Source: Phycisphaerae bacterium (GTDB taxonomy: Bacteria > Planctomycetota > Phycisphaerae > JAJVII01). Taken from it: a DNA stretch of 64,000 bases. Made by a program: the position numbers and the translations under genes. The notes under the pieces were generated by a model. It saw nothing but the letters and a program-made list of their open reading frames with translations, ran no database searches and was not told the DNA's origin. The stretch spans positions 67,182 to 131,181 of the forward strand of contig JAJVII010000014.1 of the NCBI GenBank assembly GCA_022072085.1. Direction: 5' to 3'. Every line of letters starts with the position of its first letter. Within the stretch, counting starts at the first letter, position 1. This document shows, in pieces, positions 46,328 to 56,800 of this stretch.

Positions 46328-48880
46328 TTACTTCAGTCGCGCTGCCACGTCGGCGGCGCAATCGTAAAGGTTGCGAGTGATCTGCTGCCAGCCCAGATGA
46401 TTGGGATGCGGCACGGCCCAGCCGTAGCTGCGGTTCTCCAGTTCGCAGAACGCCAGGTCGGCGTAGTGGCGGCGGTCGGCCAGCACGCGGCGGCAGCGGT
46501 CGGCCAGCGGCGCGTCCAGCCGCTCGGCCTGCTTCTCCAACGCCGTGGCAACGTAAATGACCGCCTCGCACTCCTGGAGCCCTTCGATCAGCGCCTCCAG
46601 CCGCTGTGTGGGCAGCGCCCCGTCCGGACCGGGCCAGGCCAGGCGCATGATTGTCGGCGCCCGCTGCATGCAGTCGGAGTAGGGGTAGCGGTTGTACAGG
46701 TTGCCGCGCCGCGTGACGGGCCAGTAGTCCAGGCAGATGCGCCCGATGCCCTTGTGCCCGTCCTGGAGGTAGAGGCAGAAGTCGCCGAAGGTCATCCATG
46801 CCGTCAGCGGGATGCGTTCCTCGCCGATGGAGTTGCGGAAGTAATAGGCCCCGGGATAGCCGCGTGCCTCGCTCAGCTTGTAGTTGACCACGCCCCCGCC
46901 GTAGCAGTGCTCGTGCAGCACGACCACGCCGGCGGCGCCGCGGGCGGCCGGGTAGGGCGTCGGCGAGGACGTCGAGACGTGGCAGCCGCGCATCCAGCGC
47001 GACTTGTCCCCGTCAGGCCAGATATCGTCGAACATCTTGACCAGCTCAGCCGACGGGCCGGTGTCCATCAGGATGCCCAGGCAGAGCGCGTGCTCCATGC
47101 CCAGCTTATTGAGGTGCGCCTGCACGGCCGCGAGGTACGGCTTCCAGAACGCCTTGCTCTCGGCCGTCGCGAACAGCGGCGCCTTGAGCGATTCAAGCTC
47201 GCCCGTGGCCGGGTCCTTCAGGCTCACCGTCACCACCTGGTCCATCGGGTTGGACGCCCAGCCGTTGCGAGAGTTGAAGATGTTTCCGACGTGGACGATC
47301 TGGAGCCCGACGTGGTCCAGCGGGCCGCACAGCCTGACCGCCATCTGGAGGTAGCGGTCGAAGACGCTGAAGTCCCAGTCGTACGTCCCGTCGGGCTTGC
47401 GGATCCAGAAGATCGTGCTGCGGTCGTTGCCGAACTGCGTCTGCTCGACCGCGTTGACGATGGCCACCTTGTTGCCCGCGCGGCCGAGCAACTCCCAGCT
47501 CTTCTCCAGCAGCTTGAAATGCTCATCGCTCCAGGGCTGGACCTTATACTGCATCGCGATAGTCTCGGGCGACTGGTAAATGCTTGCGAACGTCCGGTGG
47601 TCCTTCGGGTCCGGCACGCTCCAGGCCGACACGTGCGCTCGCAGCGGCGTCTCGACCGGCGGCTGCCCTTCGGCTGACACCGTGATCGCGCCGCTGTAAT
47701 CCCCCGCCGCCGCGTCGGCCGGGATGTGAACGCGGACGACGACGGCCACGACGGCCGCCCGCGCCTGCGCGTTCACCGGAACCTCGGCCGGCGGCGACGG
47801 GCTCAGCCGGTCGTCGTAGATGGCCTGGCCCTGGATGCCCACTCCGTAGAGTAGCGTCACCTGCGAAGCCGCGATCGTCCCTTCGGCGCCTTCCCGCTTC
47901 AGGTCGCTGACACTCACGCGCAGCCCCTTGATCGGTTTGTCGCTGCCGACGCCGAGCTGCCCGCACCACGATCCGTTGCGGGCCCCGACGACGGTCACGG
48001 GGTAGCGGGCCTCGGCCAGGTCGCCGCGGTCGGCGACGGTCACCTGGTTGTTGCGGTCCTCGGTCCAGACCTGAAGGCCCGGCCGGCGGTCGGTGTTGGG
48101 CTGGATGCCGGCCCCGCCGGCAGTCAGCTTCACGCTCAGCAGTGCGACGGGAACCCAGCGTTCCTCGCTCGGCGGATGGCCCGAGTCGTTCCAGCCCAGC
48201 GCGACCGGGTGGAACGGGCTGCGGCGCAGCTCGATCGCCAGCACGTTTACGCCCTTGCGCAGCGCCGACGCGGGCAGCTTGAGCGGACCCAGCGTGCGAT
48301 TGCGGGCCGCCGGCCAGGGGTCTCGGTAGCCGAAGGCCTTGCCGGCTGCGTCGACCCAGGCCCCGTTGGGATAGGGGTCCGCCGGCGCGTCGTCGGCCAG
48401 TTCGCCGGCTGCCAGGTGCTCGCGCCCCACTTCGACGCCGTTGAGGAACACGCGGATGCCCCCGCGGTAGCCGACCGAAAGCGTCAGGTCGGCGACCGCC
48501 GACGGGTCGGACACCAGGAACTTGCCGCGCAGCGACGCGCGGAAGCTATGGGCTTTTCCGGTCAGGGCGGTGTTCACCTCCGAGTCCAGAGCCCGCGGCC
48601 AGGCGGCGTCGGAGAAGTCGGGCTTAACCCAGTCGGCCGGCGGCGGGTCGCTGCTGCGGTTCATCGCCAGGCGCGGGCAGACCTTGTCCGCAGTCGCCGT
48701 CTGGCCGGCGGCCTTGAAACTCGCGACGGTAACCGTCGGCGGGCAGAGCATCAGGTGGTATCGCCAACTGCTGGCGTCGTTGAGTATCGCGACCTCCGCG
48801 GGGGGAGCGGCCCAGGCAGCCGGCGACAACAGGGCGACGCAGGCGGCGATCATCCGACAGCGCGGCAGTCCTCGAACCAT
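46328..48880 (-). CDS. Secreted hypothetical protein, possible carbohydrate-active enzyme
   Basis: ATG at 48880 with AAGGAG 5 nt upstream. Signal peptide MVRGLPRCRMIAACVALLSPAAWAAP. 850 aa. No confidently assignable catalytic motif. Confidence 0.7.
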   Translation of the reverse strand: MVRGLPRCRMIAACVALLSPAAWAAPPAEVAILNDASSWRYHLMLCPPTVTVASFKAAGQTATADKVCPRLAMNRSSDPPPADWVKPDFSDAAWPRALDSEVNTALTGKAHSFRASLRGKFLVSDPSAVADLTLSVGYRGGIRVFLNGVEVGREHLAAGELADDAPADPYPNGAWVDAAGKAFGYRDPWPAARNRTLGPLKLPASALRKGVNVLAIELRRSPFHPVALGWNDSGHPPSEERWVPVALLSVKLTAGGAGIQPNTDRRPGLQVWTEDRNNQVTVADRGDLAEARYPVTVVGARNGSWCGQLGVGSDKPIKGLRVSVSDLKREGAEGTIAASQVTLLYGVGIQGQAIYDDRLSPSPPAEVPVNAQARAAVVAVVVRVHIPADAAAGDYSGAITVSAEGQPPVETPLRAHVSAWSVPDPKDHRTFASIYQSPETIAMQYKVQPWSDEHFKLLEKSWELLGRAGNKVAIVNAVEQTQFGNDRSTIFWIRKPDGTYDWDFSVFDRYLQMAVRLCGPLDHVGLQIVHVGNIFNSRNGWASNPMDQVVTVSLKDPATGELESLKAPLFATAESKAFWKPYLAAVQAHLNKLGMEHALCLGILMDTGPSAELVKMFDDIWPDGDKSRWMRGCHVSTSSPTPYPAARGAAGVVVLHEHCYGGGVVNYKLSEARGYPGAYYFRNSIGEERIPLTAWMTFGDFCLYLQDGHKGIGRICLDYWPVTRRGNLYNRYPYSDCMQRAPTIMRLAWPGPDGALPTQRLEALIEGLQECEAVIYVATALEKQAERLDAPLADRCRRVLADRRHYADLAFCELENRSYGWAVPHPNHLGWQQITRNLYDCAADVAARLK

Positions 48881-49080
48881 GTCGGCTCCTTCGCGACAGT
48901 GTTGACGCAACACGGCCTGGTCAGGCTGCCAGGCGGTCGATCCATCATGTCCTTTTCCTCGGCCATTTCAACCGTTCATTCACCCGCGCAAACCGGATCG
49001 TTGCCCGCTGCGGCGGGTTAGAATGTGAGTCGAGGCCCGCGCACGGGCCGCCGCGCCAGCCACACTCGATAGGAGCACCG

Positions 49081-50403
49081 ATGAAACGCCTCTGCCTTTC
49101 CGCCGTCTGCCTGGGCCTGACGCTGCTGTCGTGCGGCTGCGCCCAGACGTATCGCGTCGGGCCGGACCGGGCCCTCAAGTCGGTCAGCGCCCTGGTCGAC
49201 CGGCTCAAGCCCGGCGATGTGGTCGAGGTGGACCCCGGTATCTACCGCGAGGCGATGAAACTGCGGGCCAACGGGACGGCGAACGCACCGATCACGATCC
49301 GCGGCGTCGCAGGCCGGCCGCGTCCGGTCTTCGACGCAGAAGGCATCCCGGTCACCGGCAAGGGTCGCGTCTCGCGGGCGATCTTCCAGATCGAGGGGGC
49401 CTACTGGGTGCTGGAGCACCTGGAGATGACCAACGCCCGCAACGGCGACACGGCTGCGGCCGTGCGGCTGAATGGCTCGACCGACGCGGTCATTCGCGAT
49501 TGCTACCTGCACCACTGCGACCTGGGCGTCTTCGGCGACGACAAGCAGACCGCGACGATCGATTCCTGCGAGGTGGCCTTCAACAGCACGCCCAAGTGGA
49601 ACGGCTACGCCCACAACTTCTACATGCATGGCAACCGCGTGGTCGTCCGCAACTGCTACATTCACGACTGCCCCTACGGGCAGAACTTCAAGAGCCGCGC
49701 TCACTACAACGAACTGTGGTACAACTGGATCGTCGACAGCAATGAAGGCGAGGTCGGCCCGGTCGACGAGCACGCCCGGGCCAAGATGAACACCGGCTTG
49801 GCCGACAGCAACACGCTGCTGGTGGGCAACGTCATCGTCAGCCGTCCGCGCGTCGGCGGCGGCAACCCCTCCAAGTTCGTCCTGTTCGGCGCCGAACTGA
49901 AGTCCGGGGACTCATCCGGGCACAACGGCACACTCTACCTGTTCAACAACACGCTGATCGCCGGGAATGACAAGATCATCTTCATCCAGACCCAGTCGCC
50001 GCAGGCCCGCCTGGTCGCCTGCAACAACATCTTCGTCGGCAGCGACCGCATCTTCGGCACGATCAAGTCCGAGCCGGCGTCGGTTGCCGGCTGCAACAAC
50101 CTGATCCCGGCCAAGGCGGCCGCCCCGGCCGGTTGGACCGGCACGACCCAGGGCGATCCGATGTTTGTGGATGCAGCCAAACGCGACTTCCGCCTGCGGG
50201 CCGGCTCCCCGGCGATCGACGCGGGGGCGACCGGCCTGAGCTACGTCGACGGCGCGGGGGTGACGCACAAACTGGCGGCGGATCGCTCCCCCTGGCCGGC
50301 GATGAACTGGATCCCACGGCTGGTCGTGGGCGCACCGGACCTGGGGGCGTACGAATCGAACGCCCCGCCCGCGCCGCCGCGGTCGCAGCCGTCGGCCGAG
50401 TAG
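49081..50403 (+). CDS. Right-handed parallel beta-helix repeat lipoprotein (pectate-lyase-fold-like)
   Basis: AGGAG upstream of ATG. Lipobox MKRLCLSAVCLGLTLLSCGC. Repeated ...NxxIxxC/N... beta-helix rungs (VIRDCYLHHCDLGVFGDD, VVVRNCYIHDCPYGQNF, LVACNNIFVGSDRIFG). Confidence 0.7.
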   Translation: MKRLCLSAVCLGLTLLSCGCAQTYRVGPDRALKSVSALVDRLKPGDVVEVDPGIYREAMKLRANGTANAPITIRGVAGRPRPVFDAEGIPVTGKGRVSRAIFQIEGAYWVLEHLEMTNARNGDTAAAVRLNGSTDAVIRDCYLHHCDLGVFGDDKQTATIDSCEVAFNSTPKWNGYAHNFYMHGNRVVVRNCYIHDCPYGQNFKSRAHYNELWYNWIVDSNEGEVGPVDEHARAKMNTGLADSNTLLVGNVIVSRPRVGGGNPSKFVLFGAELKSGDSSGHNGTLYLFNNTLIAGNDKIIFIQTQSPQARLVACNNIFVGSDRIFGTIKSEPASVAGCNNLIPAKAAAPAGWTGTTQGDPMFVDAAKRDFRLRAGSPAIDAGATGLSYVDGAGVTHKLAADRSPWPAMNWIPRLVVGAPDLGAYESNAPPAPPRSQPSAE

Positions 50404-50414
50404 GATGGGCTACT

Positions 50415-52976
50415 TTACTTCAGGTCTGCTGTCGCCTCGGCGGCCCAGGTCAGGTCGGCCCGCACCACGCGGCGGTTGTAGATGTCCAGCACGTAGACCG
50501 AGCGGTCGCTCATGCCCGCGCAGTTGGGCCAGCCCAGCGGGATGTCCGGCGTGGCGACGGTCGGCTTGCCGGCTTGGCCCGCGGGGGCGTTGGGGTTGAC
50601 GTATTGCGAATCGAAGTTGCCGTACTTGCCGAAGTTGAGCAGCTCGTTGCCCGCGTTGTCGACCAGCGTGACGTAATTGCCCGTGGCGTTGGGGATGGCC
50701 AGCCGGCCGTAGCGGTCCACGTCGAACCGCGGCACGCGGCAGACGCAACAGGTGGTTCCCAGTGACGGGTGGCTGAAGGGGGACAGGCCCGGATAGACAG
50801 CCACTGCGCCTTCGACCTTGTCGCCGGTCATGATGGCATCGCCGCCCGGCACGGTCCCGCCGTCGGGCGTGAACTTGACGATCGAGCCGGTGCAGTGCTG
50901 ATAGGCACGGTCCTTGGCGAAGGCGTCGGGCGTCGGCGTCTTGCCGACGATCATGCCGACGTAGATGTTGCCCTGAAGATCCACGCGGACGCCGCCGTTG
51001 CACTGCGGGATCGGCCCGATGATGGCGTTTGTCAGCTCTGCCGGCGTGCCGCCCTTGTGGTTGGACTCGTCGATCTTCGAGTAGCTCCCGTTCATCGGCC
51101 TGCCGTTGCCGTCCCAGCCGGAGACGGCGTACTTCACCCATCCGCCGAACATCCAGGCGACGTAGACCTTGCCGTCCGGGCCGACGCCGATGCCCTTTTC
51201 GCAGTTGCCGATGCCGTAGCGCCCGTAGATGTACTTGCTCAGCACGTGCGTGCCGGTGGCGGCGTAGGGCGCCGGGGCCAGGTCGCGGGTCAGCCGCTCC
51301 AGCGGTCCGCTGAAGCCCTCGCCCGTCTGGCAGTAGAGCAGCCCGTCGTATCCGACTGCCAGGTCGGTCGCATGGAAGGGCTTGCCGCCCTGCTCGAGCC
51401 GGCCGCCTTCGCCGGTCTGCCCGTCGAAACGGGCGTAGAGGTTGCCGCCGTCGCTGATGTAGACCTCGTCGCGCCGCGGGTCGACCTCCATGCGGTTGTA
51501 GACGTCCAGCGCCCCGGGCGGTTGGGCGAAGGCCACCTTGGCCGGCTCGAACGTGCTGCCGGCGTCCGAGAGCACCGCGAAATCGCCGGTCACTCCGGAG
51601 AAGAAGAGCGAGGTCGCGTCGGCCGACGCCGCCAGCGCCATCGATGGCATGCCGGTCTTCTGCTGCGGGAAGTCGTAGCGGGCCAGCGGCTGGCCGTCGC
51701 CGCCGCCCAGCGCCGGGAACTTGCTCACCCACACCTTGTAGGTCCAGTAGCCCGAGCAATGCCGCGAGAGAACGTAGATCTCGCCGGTCCGGGGGTGCAC
51801 CGCGACGTTGTGCGGACACTCCACCTTCACCTGCCCGACGAGCTTGCCGGCCGCGTCGAATATCGCAATCCGCTGGTTCTCCCAGTCGCAGACATAGAGG
51901 TTGCCCTTGGCGTCGCAAGCCAGCCCGTGGATCGGCCCCTCCGGCACACCGTCGTTCTGGTACTTGTTGCCCTTGGTCCAGGCCCCGCCCACGCCTTCAT
52001 TGTGCGCGACGGCGATGTCGGCGAAGGGCTCACTGGTTCCACCGCCGCCGACGGCCAGCCGATAGATCCGCCCGGGCGGAAACTTGTCGATGTAGGGATG
52101 GCCGTACTTCGTCTTGCTTGAATACGGCCCGCCGAGATAGAGAAACTTGCCGTCGGGCGAGGCGGCCAGGAAGAGCGGCCCGCCGCCCGTATTGGGGTTG
52201 CGGTCCTTGCCCCAGAGCTGGCCGGTGACGAACTTGTCGCCGGGCACTCCGCCTCGGGCGTCCAGCCGGCTGACGCTCGCCCCGTCGCTGAGGATCAGCC
52301 CGTCGCGCGAGGACGCCGAAACGATCGTCAGGTTGCCGCCGTAGAACTCGGGGTTCAGGCTGGTCAGGTTGCGCGGGCGGAAGGCTTTGGCCTGCTCATC
52401 CCAGGCCGCCACGTCCTTCATGCCGTCCGGCGACAGGTCGGCCGGGAAGGGCATCAGCGTCCGCAGGTAGCGACCCTGCGTGTCGAACACGCGGATGGTC
52501 CGCATGTGCTGGTTGCGGTTGCCGGTATAGCCCATCATGTAGACGTTGCCGGCCTCGTCGGCGGCGATGCTGCACAGCCCGCCGAACACGTAGGGCGACT
52601 GCCCGATGAACCGCCCGAACTTCACACCCACCCCGGCGCGGACGCGGACCTTGAACGGGCCGGTGGCGGCGGCGATCGGCTTGCCGAGATCGTCCTTGCC
52701 GTCCCAGATCAGTTCCTGGGCCAGGCCGGCCTTCAGCGGCGGGGCGACCTTCTCGCCCCCGACCAGTCCCGCTGCCAGGCGGCGCACGATGTTGCCGCCT
52801 GCGTCAAGCACGGCCACCTCGACGTCGCTCGGCCCGACCAGCGTGAACGAGACCCTGGCCCCGCCGCCTGGGAGCGACTGCGCCTGCGGCGCGGCCGTGA
52901 AGCGAGCATCAGCGCCGAAGACCGGACAGCACGACAGACAAACAGCGGCGATGGCGGCAACAATCATGTGTCGCAT
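50415..52976 (-). CDS. Secreted NHL-repeat beta-propeller protein (paralog of 15344-17965)
   Basis: Signal peptide MRHMIVAAIAAVCLSCCPVFGADA. NHL-like repeat NLYVCDWENQRIAIFDAAGKLVGQV. C-terminal tail ...RRVVRADLTWAAEATADLK matches its paralog. Collinear similarity throughout. Confidence 0.8.
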   Translation of the reverse strand: MRHMIVAAIAAVCLSCCPVFGADARFTAAPQAQSLPGGGARVSFTLVGPSDVEVAVLDAGGNIVRRLAAGLVGGEKVAPPLKAGLAQELIWDGKDDLGKPIAAATGPFKVRVRAGVGVKFGRFIGQSPYVFGGLCSIAADEAGNVYMMGYTGNRNQHMRTIRVFDTQGRYLRTLMPFPADLSPDGMKDVAAWDEQAKAFRPRNLTSLNPEFYGGNLTIVSASSRDGLILSDGASVSRLDARGGVPGDKFVTGQLWGKDRNPNTGGGPLFLAASPDGKFLYLGGPYSSKTKYGHPYIDKFPPGRIYRLAVGGGGTSEPFADIAVAHNEGVGGAWTKGNKYQNDGVPEGPIHGLACDAKGNLYVCDWENQRIAIFDAAGKLVGQVKVECPHNVAVHPRTGEIYVLSRHCSGYWTYKVWVSKFPALGGGDGQPLARYDFPQQKTGMPSMALAASADATSLFFSGVTGDFAVLSDAGSTFEPAKVAFAQPPGALDVYNRMEVDPRRDEVYISDGGNLYARFDGQTGEGGRLEQGGKPFHATDLAVGYDGLLYCQTGEGFSGPLERLTRDLAPAPYAATGTHVLSKYIYGRYGIGNCEKGIGVGPDGKVYVAWMFGGWVKYAVSGWDGNGRPMNGSYSKIDESNHKGGTPAELTNAIIGPIPQCNGGVRVDLQGNIYVGMIVGKTPTPDAFAKDRAYQHCTGSIVKFTPDGGTVPGGDAIMTGDKVEGAVAVYPGLSPFSHPSLGTTCCVCRVPRFDVDRYGRLAIPNATGNYVTLVDNAGNELLNFGKYGNFDSQYVNPNAPAGQAGKPTVATPDIPLGWPNCAGMSDRSVYVLDIYNRRVVRADLTWAAEATADLK

Positions 52977-53078
52977 GAAATCACTCCTTGCAGGGCAGGA
53001 CTCGACCTGTTCACGTTCATTGATACCACGAATCGAGATCGGCGGCCACCGGTGGGGCCGGCCGATCTGTGGCGCAGC

Positions 53079-53783
53079 CTACGGCTTGGTCAGGCGCTCG
53101 GCCAGGGGGGCGTTGCGCAGCAACCTGGCCAGGTCGGCGGGGGTTCGGCCGGCGGCGTCCTTGGCGTCGCGCGTTGCGCCGCGGGCCAGCAGCCAGTCGA
53201 CCATCTCCGCGCTGCCCGCCCGGACCGCGGCGTGCAGCGGGGTCGCGCCGTAGCTGTCGGGCCTGGAGACCTCGGCGCCGGCCTCCAGCAGGGCGGCGGC
53301 TGACTCCGGGTCGCCGGCATCGACCGCCGCGTGCAGCGGCGCGCGCCCGCGTGCGTCTGTGGCGTCGGGCTTGGCGCCCTTGCTCAGCAGCAGTTTCACC
53401 ATCGCCACGTCGCGTCGGCTGGCGGCCCAGTGCAGCGGCGTCCAGCCGGTCTGCGCGTCGCCGCGGTTCAGGTCTGCCCCACGCTCGGCCAACAGCTCGA
53501 TCGCGTCGGCTGCGCCGTTCATGGCCGCGTCGTCGGCCGGCGCGAAGCCCAGGTCGTCGGGGGCGTTCAGGTCGGCGCCGCCGTCGATGGCCGCCCGCAC
53601 CTTGGTCCACTGGGGCGAGTGGCCCGCGGCGTCCACGGCGCCCGGCGCGCCTGCGGTCGGCGACGGCTGAGGCGGCGAGGCCGGCTGGTCGGCGGGCGAA
53701 TCAGGGGTGCGGGCCTTGTCCTTGCCGCAGCCGGCGGCTGCGGCGGCGATCGCGATCATCACGAGGATCAGCAGACGGTGCAT
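53079..53783 (-). CDS. Ankyrin-repeat lipoprotein
   Basis: Lipobox MHRLLILVMIAIAAAAAGCG. At least four ankyrin repeats (GWTPLHWAASRRDVAMVKLLLSKGAKPDATDARGRAPLHAAVDAGDPESAAALLEAGAEV..YGATPLHAAVRAGSAEMVDWLLARGA). Confidence 0.85.
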   Translation of the reverse strand: MHRLLILVMIAIAAAAAGCGKDKARTPDSPADQPASPPQPSPTAGAPGAVDAAGHSPQWTKVRAAIDGGADLNAPDDLGFAPADDAAMNGAADAIELLAERGADLNRGDAQTGWTPLHWAASRRDVAMVKLLLSKGAKPDATDARGRAPLHAAVDAGDPESAAALLEAGAEVSRPDSYGATPLHAAVRAGSAEMVDWLLARGATRDAKDAAGRTPADLARLLRNAPLAERLTKP

Positions 53784-53805
53784 GGCTTGCTCCGTGGCGA
53801 CCGGG

Positions 53806-56800
53806 TCACTTGCCCAGTTTCTTGCCGTAATTGGCGATCATGTCGCGCAGGTCCAGGGCCAACTCGGGAATTTCCTTGCCGCCGGTGAGCAGACGAATCT
53901 GCTCGTTGGCCAACGCGGGGTTGGCCGGGGCCCGCTCCAGGGCCATCGCGATCTGCTTCCACTGATAGGAGTAGGCCTTGAATCGCGCCCCGGCCTGCCC
54001 GGACTGCCGGGCCACCTCGTCGATCAGCGGCAGCAGCTTGGTGTTGATGTCCTTGGACATGCCGCGTGCGGCCTCGACGACGCGGCTGACCGGCAGCAGG
54101 TTCGCGTCGTGCATCATTTCGGCGGCCTTGTAGGCGGTGACGTCGCCGGCCTGGGCGGCCTTGCCCGCCTGGAGTTGGCCGATGTTCACGCCGCGCATCT
54201 CGGGCGTGCCCAGCCAGGCCAGGTCGGTGTAGATCTCCGGGTGGGCGCTGGTGGTCAGCGTCTCGAAGGATCGCTTGGCGCTTCGACCGGTGACGGCGTG
54301 ATAGGCGGCCTCCCAGGCGGCCTGGGCGTCGGCCTGAAGCTGCGCGGCGTTGACGCGAAGGCTGCCGCGCGTGAAGGGAATCTCGGTCAGCGCGCGGCTC
54401 TGCGGGCTGGTCGGGTCGAGGCAGCGCCGCATCAGGCCGATGTCGTAGTCCATGCCGACCGTGCCGGCGCTGGAGGCGTTGCGGAACTCCTGCATGACCC
54501 ACTGGTCGGCGCCGGCGTAGCCGCGATCGCTCATCACCCGGCGGAACTGCGCCTGCACCCGCTCGTGCACCTGGGCCATGCGCTGGTTGTAGTCGGCGAT
54601 CAGCTCGGCGAACTTCGGGTCGTGCGAGGCCGACTTGAGCACCAGCTTGCCCTCGTAGCTGGAGTGCAGCAGCGTCGCCTTGTCGCGCAGCGCCTGCTCC
54701 ATCGCCTGGATTTCCGGGCCGCTGGCGCCGAACTCCATCGCCCGCTGGTATTCCTTGTAGGCTCGCCGGTAGTCCTCCACGAGGACTTTGCTGTCCTCCA
54801 TCGCGATGCGGTAGCGGGCCTGCTCGAACGCCTTGGCGACGTCGGGCTTGGCGTCCGGCGGCGGGTGGCCCCCGAAGAGCCTGCCGATGCCGTACTCCAG
54901 GCCCTTGACCGCCAGGAAGGTCGTCACGCCGCGCTCCAGGGCCCCGGCCCAGCCCTTCTGCCCGCTCAGCCAGCCGCCCTTGGTGTAGCCCTCCATCGCC
55001 TCGGCCGCCGCCATGCCGGCCGCGTTCGTCCACATCAGCCCGTTCTTGGTTCCCTCGTAGAGCCGGTTGCCCACGCCGCCCTCGGCGCCGGCATAGCCCA
55101 GGCAGCCCTCGAACGCGGGCATCACCCAGCCGCTGGTCCCCAGACTGACGGCGAACATCTCCGCCTCGGCCCAGGTCTTGGCCACTTGTGCATAGCGCAG
55201 GTTCTGTTCGGCGATCAGCGCCTTCTCGGTCTCGCGGGCCGAGACGCCCTCCCAGTGACCGGCCACCTGCTCGAACACGGCGTGGGCGATCTTCTGCATC
55301 CGGTCCGCGTCGCCCCAGGTTTTCGCGTCGGCGGTCTGCCGCGCGACGAACGCCGCCAGTTGCTCGCGCTGTTCGGGCGGGGCCAGGCGGATCACCCGCT
55401 GCGTGCCCTCGGCGTAGCGTGCGATCCGCGTGTCCGGGTCCATCCGGTCGCGCACCTGCTGCACGAACCGCGCGGCGTACCACTCGTCCACCGGCGTGCG
55501 CGTGTGAACGACTTCGCCGGTCTGGAGTTCGCGGATGCGGTCCATCTCGGCCAGCCGCGTGTGCTCGGCGTGCATCAACGTGTGGACCAGTTGCTCGCGC
55601 GTGTCGGGGTCCTTGGCCGCCGCCAGTTCGGCGCGCCACTTGGCCGCGTTGGTCTCGGCGATCTTGATATTCGCCTCGTGGAACTCGATCATCTCGGCGC
55701 GAGCCTGGGCCAGCTCGGCCGCCTTGGCCGGGTCCGGCGGCGGACCGGACTGCGCCGCCTCCTGCCTGTAGCGGTCCGGCTCGTCCGACAGGTCCATCGG
55801 CGCGACCGTCCCGCCGTTCGGGTCGAAGGTGAACTCCCAACCAAGCTGGATTTCCATCGGGTTCTCGGCGGCGTCCACCTCGCCGGCCTTTCGGCCGGGC
55901 AGGGGGGCTTCGCCGTTCATCCTCTGCCGCACGGTCCAAGTCGCCTTCAGCTTCCAGCCCTCGCCGGGCGTCCGCTTGTTCCACTCGGGGGGGTACTTGC
56001 CGTGGGCCCGCTCGTAGGGAATCCTCCACCAGCCCGGGTCGTAGCGGAACTGGATCTGCATCGCCCCGGCCAGCCTGGCCGTGCGGTCGAGGTAGACGTT
56101 GCGCTCGATGGCCATGTTGCCGTAGCCGCCGTAGCCGCCCACCGGCTTGCCGTCGGGGGCGTATAGCACCGCGGCAAAGCTGTGTTCGAACACGCGCCCG
56201 CCGGTGAACGGATCGCGCTTCTTGTCGTCGCTGCCGGCGAACCCGCGCTTGTCGCGCTGATCGATGTCCTCGACGATGAACGGGATCAGCATGAACGTCG
56301 ACTTGGAGACCCGCGGGTCCTCGACGTAGGGGAACACCGTCGGCGGCTGGGCCCAGACGACGCGCAGGTTGCTCCGCACGAATCCGTTGCGGATGCCGCC
56401 GCTGACCACTTCCTGGTGCGTGTTGGGGTCGGTGTAGGAACTGCGGTAATCGTCGCGGAACTGGAGCAGCAGCTCGCTGACGAAGCTCGTCCCGTCCTTC
56501 TTGAAGTTCCACGACCAGGTGTCGGCCCAGCGGCCCTTTTCGTCGGCCAGGAACCGCCCGACCTCGGGCTTGCGGATCCACTTCAACTCGCGCCCGGTGA
56601 GCACCCAGGCCGGTCCCGTGTCGCCGCCGGGCGCGAACGGCCGAACCGACTCCTCGAACTCCCGCCGCCGCTTCGCCCGGCACTGGCCGGCGTCGGGCGG
56701 ATCGCCCATGGCCCGGATCTTCTCGGCTGCGTCTGCCATCCGGCCCTGGAGCCACGTCAGTTGCCGCTGCCGCGCCCAGGCGACGGCCATCGCCTCGTCC

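Noticed and set aside
43173-48913. ORFs 43173-45149 (minus) and 46286-47677 (plus), plus the longer in-frame extensions 39665-43300, 45177-46799 and 46328-48913
   Set aside because: The first two are antisense to genes with signal peptides and coherent sequence. The extensions add N-terminal sequence with no signal peptide or RBS, whereas the internal ATGs have SD sequences and signal peptides.
48996-49024. Promoter candidate upstream of the beta-helix gene
   Set aside because: The TAGAAT hexamer at 49019-49024 is present, but the only -35-like TTGCCC is 12 nt upstream, which is too short. Kept as a weak note only.
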